Shown here piece after piece: positions 12,055-25,400 of a stretch of DNA of 64,000 bases. The stretch is taken from NCBI GenBank assembly GCA_030704615.1, contig CM060731.1, forward strand, positions 22,258,001-22,322,000, in the 5' to 3' direction. The notes under the pieces are model-generated. The model made no database searches. It had not been told where the DNA came from and worked only from the letters and a program-made list of their open reading frames with translations. Numbering within the stretch: the stretch's first letter is position 1; every line of letters starts with the position of its first letter. This stretch comes from Takakia lepidozioides (lineage: Eukaryota; Plantae; Bryophyta). Made by a program: the position numbers and the translations under genes.

Positions 12055-14408
12055 ATGTTCAGCCTAGTTCCAGGAGATATGAGCTCTCAACGTAAGCAAC
12101 CCAGCTCGCAAATTGTGTTGAGGTGGCACGAGGTAGTGGAGAGCGTTAAAATTCAGTTAATGACGGCCGACCCAACATCTGCGCAGTCTATTGCCACCTC
12201 TGAAGACTCAATATCGTGTTCAAAGAGGGTAGATGATCCAGCTCTTAACGATGAAGATAAAAAGAGAAACTTGGAAAATATTCAAGCAAGATTGAATATG
12301 GAGCAGCGAAAAGATCAACGTGAAGGTGCCAAGTGGGGTAGTAAGCCCCGGGGAGCTGTAGCTAAACGGTGGAGGGATATCCAAGGTGCCGGCGATTGGC
12401 AGGGTTTGCTTGACCCCATGGATCCCGTGCTGCAAGAGGAGATTATCAAGTACGGAGAATTCGCACAAGCGACCTACGATGCATTTGATTATGAAACTAC
12501 ATCCAAGTATTGCGGCAGCAATAGGTCAGTACTGTAATCTGAATCGTGATTGTAATCGTCTCAACCCTGATATAGTATTCCCCATGACAGCCTCTCTTTT
12601 CTCAAGCTTCCCATGATCCAAAATTACAGGGGGAAACAGAGGCCGGTCACCCGTCGTACTTGTCTTTACTACGAGAGATCGAGAGTATGGATTTTTTTTT
12701 AGATAATCTAGATCGACCATATCGCTAGTCCTGAACAGGTTGTGAGCATGCCACTTGAGCACATGTGCAGATGAATTAGTCAGCCCTGAGGTTTGACAGA
12801 CTGTGTTAGTGTATTAATGTAACTTCAGCTGACTAAATATTATGTACATGTCTTGCTGCAGGTTTAGCAAGAAGAAACTTCTTGGGAAAGTAGGGTTGGG
12901 CGACAGTGGCTACGAGGTGACTAGATACATATATGCCATGTCCGATATCCACATACCCAACGTTCTCCACAGGTCACAACAGCCTGATCCATGGAGCCGA
13001 GATTCCAATTGGATGGGGTTCGTTGCTGTTGCAACCAACGAAGATGAGATCACGAGGCTAGGCAGACGAGACATTATCATCTCCTGGAGAGGCACTGGAA
13101 TGGCTCTAGAGTGGGTGGATGATTTCACGGATTATCTGATACCCGCGAGATCCACGAACAAATTTAACGCTGAGGAGGCGAGCAGTAACGTGAAAGTGGA
13201 GAAAGGATTCTTCAGTCTTTATACCTCCAAAGATGGAAACACGAGATACAACAAGAACAGTGCAGCTGAACAGGTATGTTGAATGGCTGTCTTCTGTCAA
13301 GATTTAGAAACATGATTTGAACCATGTTTGAATTTGTTTGAGATCAGGGATAGCCTGGGAGGCCTAAGTTGTGCTCGATCATTCCTTCTTTCATTCAGGT
13401 GTCTTGGACAGCTCCCTTCCCCATGACCTACATTTATACGCTATTGCTATGTACAATGCAGGATGTTGTCGATATTGATTGAGTACATTTTCAGCTCACT
13501 TTTCACCAAGTATAATGCAAAGCCTTGACCGGTCATCTCATGGTATATCGCATGTTCTGCAGGTGAAAGAGGAAATTCGCAGGCTTGTCAGTCTATATGC
13601 TGATGAAGAGCTCAGTATCACCGCCACTGGCCATAGCCTTGGGGCAGCTCTTGCTGTTCTCAGTGCCTACGATATTGCTAAATCCAAGCTAAACGAGCGA
13701 CCTAAGAATCACAAACCACGGCAAGGTCGCGATCAACTCAACAAAACGCCCTCCGTAGAAAAACTCTCTTCGCCTTCAGCAACAATGTCGGAGCCACTTC
13801 AAGAAGTAGATTCCAATATGAGGAATCCCACTCCATTGGGATCAATTGCTGTGTCAGTATTCTCATTTGCGGGTCCCCGAGTAGGGAATAACGCTTTCAG
13901 GGACACAGTGGAAGAGCTCGGAGTGAGCGTTCTTCGAGTTGTGTGTGTACACGACATTGTCCCAAAAGTCCCTGGTGTTTTTGTCAATGAGAAGTTCTAC
14001 GGCCGCAAGCTGGGCGCTTTGAGAAACATAGTGAGCCCGTTACTTGATCGCCTCCCGTGGACGTACAGTCATGTTGGTGTGGAGCTGAAGGTGGACAATG
14101 CAGCTTCTCCTTTTTTGAAGGCCACCAATGATGTAGACTACAGTGACTTTCATAATTTGGAGGGCTATCTGCACTTGGTGGATGGTTATCATGGGAAAAA
14201 GTTGGCCTTCGCCTCTGCGACGGGGAGGGACCATTCTTTGGTGAACAAGTCTTCTGGGTTCTTGAAAGCAAGCTTACTGGTACCTACTTCCTGGTGGCAG
14301 GTGGAAAACAAGGGCCTGATGAGGACTATCGATGGGCGCTGGGTTCAACCAGACAGACAGAAGCCGGAGGATAGACCTTCTAACAACGCAAATGACGACT
14401 GGGTTTGA
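12055..14408 (+). CDS. Phospholipase A1 (DAD1-like, lipase class 3); exons ~12055-12524, 12862-13273, 13563-14408
   Basis: WRDIQGAGDWQGLLDPMD, YGEFAQATYDAF, SNWMGFVAV, ISWRGT, catalytic TGHSLG, FAGPRVGN, DIVPKVPG, HNLEGYLH. GT-AG introns keep the frame. Start codon uncertain. Confidence 0.92.
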
Positions 14409-14857
14409 TCGTGCTACTCCTCACCTCCTCCCCACCTGTACCTGTAGAGTTTCAGACAATCTCTTAGAAGAGTTAGGTCTGTACAGTAGTTTCGAGAAGC
14501 TTTTGGTAGGATCGTTGGGAAACACCAAGGAGGAGTAATGCCTCCCATTTGTAATTAAAAACGAATGCTTCATGAACAATAGAATCTGAGTTCGAACGAT
14601 TTCATTCGGGTTTACCTGTTCGCCAGCTATTCACTCTAGAACATTATGGATTGTATTGTTTCCTTACTATGTGGGTCGAGTTAAAAGGCATATGACATGT
14701 CACCTCGGCTTGATCTAAAGGTCATGCTCGTCTTGGAATTGGGCCAAGCACTGCATGAAATCAAATTCAAATATTCTTGGGTGGAAAATAAAGAGTGGAT
14801 CGAGTTGCAAGTCTTTACAGAAAATCATAAGTTATAGCTTCGCTTGATTTTCGGTCG

Positions 14858-15025
14858 TGGTCGAGCATGGTCCAGAGAGTACACAAACAGTGAGGCCGAT
14901 GCAGCACATGCTGCCCGTCCTAAAATCAGTTTTCCTGGAAACCATTTGGAGCACCAGAACCATCCGTGTCTCTCCCAAGTAGTACGGAAAGGCTTAAGAA
15001 AGTCTTCAAAGAAGAGGATTGATGC
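14858..15025 (-). pseudogene. ADP/ATP carrier (adenine nucleotide translocase) fragment
   Basis: KWFPGKLILGRAACAASASLFVYSLDHARPR resembles the AAC segment [30 protein letters not shown]. Isolated and diverged. Confidence 0.6.
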
Positions 15026-16347
15026 CTTTTCGACTCTTCGAAGTGAGAGCAGCTTCACGCTCTCAGTAGGAGCTGCTATGTAAGTAAAGGCAAGGAATGT
15101 AGCCGGAGTTTAGTTCAAATGTCAGTTTTTTGAGATATAACATGTGACGGGGATACATTTAGTTCCAAAGTATGTACAGAGAGCACGCTCACGAAACTCA
15201 ATCAAGAAGATACTATGCGATGAAATTCATATATATGTTTGGAAGTGGGAAAGGTCACGTCCATTCTGTGGCCTAACGGACGGCAATTAAAACTATGCAA
15301 AACTTATTCAAGCAATCAAGACTGTTTACAAGAGTTTTCAAAATTATTTTGCCCACTTCTGATTCTGCAGAAAGTTAGGAAGGTGAAGCTGGAGCCAGGG
15401 ACCACTTCAATGCTTCGTTAACGTGTCTCGTCCTTGTACATACTCGCGAGTTAAGTTACTGCCCTTCACCTTGAAGGCACTCCACTGTTTTGGGTCTGGC
15501 GAGCATCAAGTGCAGTACACGATCATCGCATCAGCTCTTGTAGCTGTCAAGAAACGAGCCCTTGTCCAATTCAGCACGTTATAAACAAGGAGATAACGTC
15601 CGAAAGCATTGGATCTTTTGGCTTCTACAGTGGATGCTGTGGCTCCAAGTGCTGACAAGATCAATCAGCTTGTCATAATCTAGTTAGCAAGACCTGTACT
15701 ACATCTGCCGCTCTATTTGAGGAGGTGCTGAATAAGGCCGAGGGGGGGGGGTTCGAACTTGGTGAAGCTGGTTTTCAGGGATGAAAGTTTAAAACAAGAA
15801 GAGGACTTGACTGTTGTGATCAGTGAGGTGATTTTTCAAACGCTGGGAACATTCGCTCAGGGTAAACTGTCCACCACCAAAGAATTAGGAGCTCCCTAGT
15901 CCAAAAATCAACCCTCCCCATAAACAAAGAGTGTTGTGCAAGACTTTATGCTCTTTACATATATAGCCAACATGAAACCTCCAGTGAATTATTTTTTGGC
16001 TAAACTGCATGAGCAAAAGCCCCCATATCTACAAATTCTTTGTTAAAACTGATGTCAATAGCCATAATGTACTGAAAATGGGCACCCAGCTTAATGGACT
16101 ATTAGAGCCTTGACCATAATGCCTCCATGAAACTCACCTCAGAAGTCCAATAACTTCTCTAGCAATCAACTGAATCCAGCCACAAGGAAACCTTCCTTCT
16201 TTGTGTACATTTCTGCTGGCCAACTTGAGGGAAAGGTGCCATATTTTACAATTCAAAATCCAGAGATAAGCACTCCATTCTGTTGCTGTTAAGTTCCATG
16301 AACCTTGTGACATGGCTCACACAACCCGGGCGGATCAGTAACCCGTC

Positions 16348-19300
16348 TCACATCCTGCGAAGATTGTCCAAGCGAGCTTGAAGATCGCTGTCAATCCCTG
16401 AGTCATCCCCACCAACCCCTGCTCCTGTGGGTTGTGCTACCTTTGAGGGAGTCGCTTGTGCTGGTGCCGCTGCTATATTTGCAGGAGCATGCACTAGCTG
16501 CAAATCCACACAGATGATCATTACTACACTTGGATGCCGACATCAAAGAGAGAGAGAGAGACGGAAGACTCTAGTCATGAATTAGCAGCATAAGCAGCAA
16601 GGGAGAAAATGTAGGTGTATTCATCAGAGTCTGCTGGCTCTACGTAACCTGCATGCGGTTAGGACAGAGCACTAGACATGAGAGAGAAGACTAGAGAAAG
16701 CCAGGCTTCTCTACACTCAGCCTTGTGATGTCATTTGAGAAAAACCCCATCTCATATGGTTCATAAGTAGCTAAGACTAGGCACCTTGCTGAACATATTG
16801 ATCTCTGGGCCCTTGGGAGATCCTCAATATGAACAAGATAAAGCAGGTTTTTCAGTCCCATATGTGCAGGGGTAAAATAAGTGCAAGTGAGTGGGCTCTC
16901 CATTAACCCTCAACTCTTGACCTTTGTCAATGCAAGAAAGAAGTGCATTGCACCCACAGCGCCCGTGGGACACAGTAGAACAACACAACAGAAGCAGACA
17001 AAACAATTAAACCCCACAGGTCGGAGTGCATCATGCAGGTAAACTAAGCACTTTCAGTCCCCATAGCTAAGGATGCGGAATGTCTACAAAGACAGAAGTA
17101 TCTGTCCTGCGTATCTGTAGCCTTGTGGCCATTGACCCTGCGCCCAGATTGAGCGGAACGCAAAGGGACAGAAACTACCTTCGACGCTATGACTTACCTT
17201 GGAACAGACAATTGATCAGAGCTTTCCAGATATCCTCTAGAACTCCCTTAATCAAGCATCAATCTGCTGTGTGTGATTTACCCAATAAGTAGGTCCCAAA
17301 AGGGCCTGGGTTGTTGGCTCAGCCTCAAGATTTTCAAAGTTGGCAAAGTGAAAAAGAGAGAGAGAGAGAGAGAGGAAGAGCAATCTAATATAACCACTGG
17401 CAGCCAAGAAAGCCCATCAGACAGTTGAACCAGTTGACAGAGAAAGAGAGTTGTGCAGCAATGGGTTGGGATTCTAGAACACACCTGAGAATCAAGGTCA
17501 ACACCAATTTCATCAAGCACTTGACTAACAAGCTCATCGGTCTCCTCTTCCTCCTCATCTCCTTCCAAAGCGTCATCAATAGCATCCCCCATAACCTCTG
17601 TTGTCATTTCCATTCTCTCATTCTGCCTCTCAAACTCCTGCATGATTTTTTGCAATGCTGGCAGGTTGAGTTGCTTGTTCATCTGCCCCATGGCTTTTGT
17701 AACCCCCTTCATGGCTTCTGCCATCGCCTGTGTTGATTTAAGTGTCTGCCAAACCATACCAGCACATCAGTTAAGACAATCAACAATATGCTAAAGTCAT
17801 TGGAGGATGATTGAAATAAGAAAAGAAAAAGAGTAGAGAATGATCAGAGTGAACACATCCGGCAAGTAGAAAAAGAGTTGGGAAACACTCTATCAGGTAA
17901 ATGGAAACATGGACAATGTGTAACCTCTAATACCATTACGGCATCAACAACTGACCTGTTGGAATGCCTCCTTTGGCGTCTGCCACTTCTAATAGGACAA
18001 ATGTAACTAAGGTCATGTGACACAGCCACCAAATCATCAAATTATGCAGAGGGAGGTAAAGCCATGTCCTGACTTTAACAAAACCATGCGCAGTCCACCT
18101 TAGGCTTTACACCCAAGACACTATCTGATGGGCTGCACAAGCCTACAGTTTGGAGGACTCGACAAAACCCTCAGAAAGAAGGAATATAAAAAAGCACTGA
18201 CCTGAATGCGCAGAGAGATCCCTTGAAGCTGCGATTTGAGACCATAGAACTTGGTAATTTGATGTCGTGTCCGTATTAGATCCTTTGCCATCACCCTGAC
18301 AGCGCCCTGCAATGTTCAGAGTCGTATGTCAGATAGGGAGGAGCAAGATGGAGAACAGGCTTGAAATTGCTGGCAGAAGCCTTGGGGTCATAGACCCTGC
18401 TCACAGAAGACGGGTGTGAATCAGAGTCTTAAGAGTGTGATAGTCTGACAGTGTCTTGTGGGAATGAAATCGGATGCAGCAGAAGAATAGAGGACCTTGG
18501 GGCAATTGGTTGAGGAGACACAGAGGATGGAGTGTGAACCACCGAAGGCTGTTAAATCTGCTACATCATTGTTTATCCCATGATCACTCTTGCAAATTCT
18601 GAGCCTTGATAGAAAAACTGCCTATTGTATGACCTAAGAAATTTTGAAACTTTCATTGCAATCTGTCATTCAGTCCACAACCTAGACAGCATTCTGCACT
18701 ACAGTGTCTGCAAGTGGTTTCTAAGTTGAAGGACTGGATGCTTGTTAAACTTAGGGAGATTTTAAAGCATGCTTGCCTAGGGTTGCATTATGTGGAATTG
18801 TGGGCAATTCCAACATTGGATTTCAAGAATGTCAATGACTAAGAAAGCCCCCGTGGTCTTGTGATAGATTTGTCACCCAAACAAGAGGGGTAAGGCGCCG
18901 CGATAGAATATGGACCATAAGGTTATGGGGGTAATGGAAAACTATTGAACTTCTTACTGACTACAAACTCCGAACTATCAGCGAAAAATAAAGATGGAGG
19001 TATCGATTAGACGAGTAGGAACCCTTTCACACAAATCCCTGATTGACGTTGTCCATGATAAGACAAGAGGGAATTAGGAATCTACCATTTGGCCTTGCTT
19101 TGCAGTCTTTTTTATTTCAGCAATCAGCTTCTTCTCCTGAGACTGCAGATTCTGCCTCTCTCGCTCGATTTCTCGAATGGATTTATCAAGCATGCGTTTG
19201 TTCTCCCGCAAAAGCTCTGTTAAGATAAAAAACAGTCACACATGTGATTTACAAAGCATCCTAAATGGAACCTCCCTACAATTGAACTGAACCACCGGTA

Positions 19301-19567
19301 ACTGATATCATTATGGCTTTGGCTTAACTCACGATTACTTACAGAGATCAGAGCATTACAAGCCCAATTCTTCCCCTTTGACTTCTACGAAGAACGCACC
19401 GACCGCTAATAAGTGAAGAGTTCTAACCTAGTACAACTCCACAATCTTCTGATGTGCCTACAACGTATTTAAGGACTAGATTTGGAGAGCCAAAGAACGA
19501 GGATTCGCGGGGAAGTTGGATAGAGCGCACCTGCGGGAGTCTTCTTCTTTCCAAATAGGAAACTCAT
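16348..19567 (-). CDS. VPS2: ESCRT-III subunit VPS2/CHMP2A (5 exons)
   Basis: MSFLFGKKKTPA / ELLRENKRMLDKSIREIERERQ / GAVRVMAKDLIRTR / TLKSTQAMAEAMKGVTKAM / DSDLQARLDNLRRM* with canonical splice sites. Confidence 0.95.
17115..17346 (-). mobile_element. LINE family A 3' fragment in a VPS2 intron, beside an (AG)n tract
   Basis: Homologous to 36665-36913 (GTAGCCTTGTGGCCATTGACC...CAAGCATCAATCTGCTGTGTGTGATTT). Confidence 0.85.
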
Positions 19568-20055
19568 CGTGTAGATTGCCAAAACCCTACGCAGAGAGCT
19601 GGGGGAGCAGAGAGCTCAATTTCCAGGCAGAGCCACCAATACCCACCGAAATCTTCCTTTCTCCTTGAGTAACCCAAAATTCAGATCCAATCTCACCCAA
19701 TTTCCACAGTATGAAGCAAACAACAAGACAATCCAAGAGTTTCAGACGAACATAGCCCAACCCACAAACTGGAATGCACACTCCCGTTCCTCCAAAGCCG
19801 TCGAGAACTTCAATTTGCAGCGCTTTCACGCCTGATGGCTTCTTTGCTTTCGCTGGATCTGACTCAACCGTCCTTGCATCTTCTCAACCGTGTGCAAGAC
19901 GACCTGCTTTGCTTTCCAGGAAGGAGGTGTGGCTTCTCTCTCCCTCGCTTTTTTACCCCTTGAGCAACAGGGTTACTAGTCAACAGACTCTGAACTATGA
20001 TCGTTAAATATGTACCTCCAAAAAGGAAAGCAAGCGCACAAACTTTACTGGATGG

Positions 20056-20136
20056 TGTCAACAGTGGGATTCGAACCCACGCCCTTTCGGACCAGTACCT
20101 GAAACTGGCGCCTTAGACCAACTCGGCCATATTGAC
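20056..20136 (-). tRNA. tRNA-Leu(CAG)
   Basis: GTCAATATGGCCGAGTTGGTCTAAGGCGCCAGTTTCAGGTACTGGTCCGAAAGGGCGTGGGTTCGAATCCCACTGTTGACA. Acceptor stem, anticodon stem CCAGT/ACTGG with loop TTCAGGT, long variable arm, GGTTCGAATCC B box. Confidence 0.95.
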
Positions 20137-21659
20137 ACATGCTACGTGACACATAAATATGTTGGTTTTGTATGGTATAGTAAGCGTGAAGGTTGCTCTT
20201 GTCTACCCAAGGGACTGTGTTCCCCCTGTGGTGAAGGGGCGGGAGGTCTCGCATCCCGCCGAAGGTACAGCATTGGGTCTGAAGTGGGTGATGCGAAGCC
20301 CGAGACCCGTTCAAGACATGGCGACATCGCTTCCCCACCCTGCACTGCAATCGAAGCCAGGTACTCAAATTATCTCTTTGCATAATTTTTTGTTGGGTCT
20401 GTGAAGCGATGCAGGCTCTTCACCACCCCAGCAGAAGCTGATTCATCTTCGTTGAAAAGGTTCACATGGTGTTCCAGGCAGTGTTATCCTTAGAGGAATT
20501 TGCATGGGTTGGCTGTTATGCAATTTCAAATGTGGTGCAGGCAATTTTCAGCTCCTTTCTTGGTGTAGAGGGCTAGTGGCTACAGATTGATGTGGCCTCT
20601 GCAGAAAAGTGCAATGCCACATTCCCAGTCACAATGAGGGATGGATAAATGGAAAAAAGATTACTCATCGACCGACGCTGCACGCTTTGGCGAACCTGTG
20701 TGGGCATAGAATCGCTGGGCCATTCCTAGTTTATGTACCCACCAGGATTTAGGAATTGAGCCATAATACCCAGACTAATCGACCGTAGTTAACGCTGGTC
20801 CTGCAACAGGAATTGATTGTTGTTACATAGGCTGGTACAGACATCTTCTAGAAAACACCGTGTTGAATCTAGCACTACTGCTCTAGACCCAATCTGACGT
20901 AAGATGTGATAAATGTGGCAGTGGCTGTCAAATTGATGTTTTACTGGTGTGTGCATACAGGACAAGCAATGAAGATAGAACAGCGTTGGCAGGAGTTCTT
21001 CTCAGATCCTCCACAGTGCTGGGACAAAAGACTTGAGAAGGTGCCAGTACTTCCATGGTGTATGTGAAAGAGTCTGTCAAACGGTGCTTGTGACTGAAGC
21101 AGCATGATGATATTATGTGGACTACATTAATGACAATTTTGGAAAGCAGCAGCATTGAGTCTTGGTATTGCTGTCAGTGGGTGGTTGCCAGACCTACTTG
21201 GCCTTTCGTGGTTGTAGCCTCAACCATACAAGGCAGCGTTCAAAGCTACAGCTGCTCATGAGCTGCCGGTTCGTGGTTTCTTCAGGAAAGTCCAAGCTCA
21301 CCAGACTTCACACATAAGCGAACAAAAGAGGTCCTGTGGATTGAGAGATGGTCACATCGCCCTGGGGTGAAAGAAGAGCTGGTAGATGGTCAAGCACAAT
21401 CCAGTACTGGTCCTAATGTCAATATACAACATGGAACTCCAAGCAGAGCATACAGCGGGTATTGTTTTGCCAATGATGGATCAAGGCTTCCAACTCTAAC
21501 AATTAGATTTGGTACATTTTATTCTCCAGTTCGTTGACTGCAGTGAATTTTGAAACGTAGTAAGAAGCCTCCTCATGGAGAGATCGTGGATAAGGAGCTT
21601 TAAGAATTTATGTGATTTGGTTTGCCTCTAAGAGTTTTGAGTAATGCAGGCTGGCAGCG

Positions 21660-24600
21660 TTGAATCAAGCAGAGTTATTTGTTGGGGATCAGACTGACTG
21701 CAGGGGTAGCACATCCACCATAACCACTGCTTTTGAAAGAGCTCCAAGAGAGGCAGTCAAACAGAAACCTTCTGGAACTTGTGGGAAAGAGGCAATGCAC
21801 ATTTTCAACCAACCGGGCATTCAGGCAGACTTGAATACTTATGTCTGTCTCTTGCAGGAGAGTATCAACATGAAAGACATGGCAAAGGGAAAGCAGGTGC
21901 ACGCTCACATTATCAAAAGTGGATTCAAGCCAACCACATTTCTACTGAATACCCTTGTTGACATGTATGCTAAATGTGGGAGCATGAAGAATGCTCGTCA
22001 AGTGTTCGATAATATGACTCAGCGAAATGTGGTCTCATGGAACTTGATGATCGCAGGATATGCCAAGCACAGGCTTGGTAGGGAGGCTCTCATGATCTAT
22101 GAGCAAATGCAACGGGAAGGGGTGACTCCCAACAGGGTCACGTTCATTTGTGTCCTCAATGCATGTGCTGGCCTAGGGGCCTTGGAAAAGGGCAAAGAGG
22201 TCCATGCTGCTATCGTGAATACTGGAATTGAGTCATACATGAATTTGGAAACTGCCCTTGCTGGCATGTATGCAAAATGTGGGAGCATGAAGGATGCACA
22301 TCAAGTATTTGACAACATGGCTAAACGAGATGTGGTCACATGGAATGCCATGATCGCAGGATATGCGCAGCATGGGTCTGCTACGAATACTTTCGAGATC
22401 TATGAGCAAATGCAACAGGAAGGGGTGACACCCAATAGAGTCACATTCATTTGCATTCTTAAAGCATGTTCCAATCTGGGACTCTTGGAAAAGGGCAGAC
22501 AGGTCCATGCTGACATCATCAAAGCCAGAATTGCATCATATATTCATCTAGAAAATACCCTTGTCGACATGTATGCGAAATGTGGAAGCATGAGAGACGC
22601 TCGTCAAGTGTTTGACAATATGGGTCAACAAGATGTGGTCTCATGGAACACCATGCTCACAGGATATGCTCAGCATGGATGTGGTAGGGAGGCTTTGGAA
22701 ATCTATGAGCAAATGCAACAGGAAGGGGTGACGCCTGATAGGGTAACATTCATTTGTGTTCTCAATGCGTGTGCCAGCCTAGGAGCCCTGAAAATGGGCA
22801 AAGAGGTGCATGCTGACATCATCAAAGCTGGAATTCCTTCATATATAAATTTGGAGACCGCACTCGTTGATATGTATGCCAAATGTGGGAGCATGCAGGA
22901 TGCATGTTGGGTGTTCAACAAAATGGCTGAACGAAATGTGGTCTCATGGAATGCTATGATTGCAGGATATGCTCAGCATGGGTGTGGTGGGGAGGCTTTT
23001 GAGATATACGAACAAATGCAACAGGAAGAGGTAACACCTGACAGTGTCACATTCACTTCCCTTCTGAATCTGTGTGCCAGCCTAGAAGCCTTGGAAAAGG
23101 GCAAGCAGGTCCATGCTAACATCCACAAAAGTGGAATTGTGCCAGATATTATTTTGGAGAATACCCTTGTTGACATGTATGCCAAATGTCACAGCATGAA
23201 GGATGCGCATCACGTGTTCGACAACATGGTTCAACGAGATGTGATCTCGTGGAATGCTATGCTTGCAGGATATGCTCAGCATGGATGTGGCAGGGAGGCT
23301 TTTGGGATCTATGAACAAATGCAAGAGGAAGGGGTGATGCCTGACAAAGTCACATTCATTTCTGCTCTCAATGCATGTGCCAGCCTGGAAAAGGGCAAAG
23401 AGGTCCATGCTGACATCATCAAAGCTGGTGTTGCATCATATGTTAATTTGGACACTGCCCTTGTTGACATGTATGCTAAATGCGGGAGCATGCAGGATGC
23501 ACACAGAGTGTTCAACAATATGGGTCAACGAAATGTGATCTCATGGAACGCAATGATATCTGGATATGCTCAGCATGGGTGTGGTTGGGAGGCTTTGGAG
23601 GTCTATGAGAAAATGCAGCAGGAAGAGGTGACGCCTGACAAGGTGACATTCACTTGTGTTCTGAATGCGTGTGCAAGCCTAGGAGCTTTGGAAAGAGGCA
23701 AGCAGTTCCATGCTGACATCAGCAAAATAAAAAATGCGCCAGATATTATTCTGGAGAATACCCTTGTTGACATGTATGCAAAATGTGGGAGCCTGAAGGG
23801 TGCTCATCAAGTATTTGACAATATGTCTCAACGAAATGTGGTCTCCTGGAGTGCAATGATCGCAGGGTGTGCTCAGCATGGGCTTGGTAGGGAGGCCCTG
23901 GATCTATTTGAACAAATGCAACAGGAAGGCGTGAAGCCAGACGGTATCACCTTTACATCACTTCTCTCAGCGTGTAGCCATGCAGGCTTAGTGCATGAAG
24001 GCCGTCACTACTTTGATTCCTTGAGTCGAGATCATGGCCTCACTCCGACAGCGGAGCATTTTGGCTGTATTGTGGACCTTCTTGGCCGTGCAGGGCGATT
24101 GGATGAGGCTGAGGACTTCATTAACAAAATGGCAATCAAACCAGATGCGTTGGTGTGGAGGCCTTTGCTAGGTGCGTGTAGAGTTCATGGCAATGTGGAC
24201 GTTGCAGAACGTGCGGCAAAAAGCATCTTGAAGACTGATCCACAGCACCCGGCAGCTTATGTGCTGCTATCAAACATTTATGCTGCAGCTGGCAGGTGGG
24301 ATGATAAAGCAAAGGTCAGAAAAATTATGCATGATAGAGGTGTCAGAAAGGAGCCAGGGCACAGTTGCATTGAGGTTGACAAGCTGGTGCATACATTTGT
24401 TGTAGAAGACGATTCACATCAGCAAATCAAGGAAATTCATGCCAAGCTGAGGAGATTGCATGGGCAGATGAAGGAGGCTGGTTATATGCCTGACACTTGC
24501 TTTGTATTGCATGACTTAGAGGAAGAGCAGAAGGAGCTTTCTCTTTGGCACCACAGTGAGAGGCTGGCCATTGCTTTTGGACTCATCAGTACACCCCCTG

Positions 24601-24761
24601 GGGCACCTATCCTCGTCATCAAGAACCTCAGGATATGTGGTGACTGCCACACCACCACCAAGTTCATCTCAAAGATTGATGGGCGAGTCATTGTTATACG
24701 AGATGCCAATCGCTTTCACCACTTTCAGGATGGCGTTTGTTCTTGTGGAGATTACTGGTGA
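21660..24761 (+). CDS. PLS-class pentatricopeptide repeat protein with E1/E2/DYW deaminase (organellar C-to-U editing factor); first in-frame ATG at ~21795
   Basis: Regular P-L-S triplets, P2-L2-S2, E1/E2, PG box (PGHSCIEV), HSERLA, CGDCH and terminal DYW. Uninterrupted 1033-codon ORF. Confidence 0.95.
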   Translation: MNQAELFVGDQTDCRGSTSTITTAFERAPREAVKQKPSGTCGKEAMHIFNQPGIQADLNTYVCLLQESINMKDMAKGKQVHAHIIKSGFKPTTFLLNTLVDMYAKCGSMKNARQVFDNMTQRNVVSWNLMIAGYAKHRLGREALMIYEQMQREGVTPNRVTFICVLNACAGLGALEKGKEVHAAIVNTGIESYMNLETALAGMYAKCGSMKDAHQVFDNMAKRDVVTWNAMIAGYAQHGSATNTFEIYEQMQQEGVTPNRVTFICILKACSNLGLLEKGRQVHADIIKARIASYIHLENTLVDMYAKCGSMRDARQVFDNMGQQDVVSWNTMLTGYAQHGCGREALEIYEQMQQEGVTPDRVTFICVLNACASLGALKMGKEVHADIIKAGIPSYINLETALVDMYAKCGSMQDACWVFNKMAERNVVSWNAMIAGYAQHGCGGEAFEIYEQMQQEEVTPDSVTFTSLLNLCASLEALEKGKQVHANIHKSGIVPDIILENTLVDMYAKCHSMKDAHHVFDNMVQRDVISWNAMLAGYAQHGCGREAFGIYEQMQEEGVMPDKVTFISALNACASLEKGKEVHADIIKAGVASYVNLDTALVDMYAKCGSMQDAHRVFNNMGQRNVISWNAMISGYAQHGCGWEALEVYEKMQQEEVTPDKVTFTCVLNACASLGALERGKQFHADISKIKNAPDIILENTLVDMYAKCGSLKGAHQVFDNMSQRNVVSWSAMIAGCAQHGLGREALDLFEQMQQEGVKPDGITFTSLLSACSHAGLVHEGRHYFDSLSRDHGLTPTAEHFGCIVDLLGRAGRLDEAEDFINKMAIKPDALVWRPLLGACRVHGNVDVAERAAKSILKTDPQHPAAYVLLSNIYAAAGRWDDKAKVRKIMHDRGVRKEPGHSCIEVDKLVHTFVVEDDSHQQIKEIHAKLRRLHGQMKEAGYMPDTCFVLHDLEEEQKELSLWHHSERLAIAFGLISTPPGAPILVIKNLRICGDCHTTTKFISKIDGRVIVIRDANRFHHFQDGVCSCGDYW

Positions 24762-25129
24762 ATCAAGCAACATGCATGAAAGAAAGTCTGCTGCTCTTAT
24801 TGTTCTTGAAGCAAATATCAGGAATAATATCGTTGATTGTGACAAACAGTACTGCACTTTTCAGTACGCTCCCATGACAACTCCTCTTTGTAATTATAAC
24901 CAGCAGCGGTGAAGTCACAAAAAATTCTATGGCCCAAATTCTCGGCACAATTCGGTAACCTGTCGGCCTGAAAAACATGTTCAAGCAATGGGGGAAGTCT
25001 TGCTCGAGAAAAGGTTGGACAATGGAAACATTGCATTGTGGAATCTGAATGACATCACAGGACCTTGGGAAGTTAGACCAAAAGAGAGACGACACAGAAC
25101 TCGGTAGGCACTTGTGACATTTGGGCCAG

Positions 25130-25400
25130 ACTCCTATACAAATGTATGTCTGTGTCGACCATTCTTCACTCTAAGCCAGACTATCCAGGGAAGGAAAAAA
25201 GAAAGAAAGCCCACTTTTCCTGGATGTCAAAAGGCTGAAGACACTGGCGCTACGGGCTGTGGCTTTGGCTTGTGTCTTCTGGGGTCAGGGGAAAGATGTG
25301 GAGGGTGGTCTACAACCTGTATGTGAACACCAAAAGCTGTGTTACGGTCAATGGACATAAGTCTAACTTCTTTGATATTGACCAAGGTGTAGCTCGTGGT
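25130..25400 (+). mobile_element. Degenerate internal RT fragment of LINE family A
   Basis: GVRGKMWRVVYNLYVNTKSCVTVNGHKSNFFDIDQGVARG. The end overlaps the 5' end of the 36646-38150 copy (KSNFFDIDQGVAQG). Confidence 0.7.

Noticed and set aside
15560-15900. Coding-like stretch (..ALFEEVLNKAEGG..)
   Set aside because: No recognisable family. Interrupted by stops and a poly-G run.
20318-20360. MATSLPHPALQSKP as first coding exon of the PPR gene
   Set aside because: The phase-1 donor does not match the phase needed at the 21649 acceptor. Unsupported without cDNA.
24340-24761. U-to-C (DYW:KP/GRP-type) editing factor
   Set aside because: The domain has a PG box, HSE and terminal DYW, typical of C-to-U factors.
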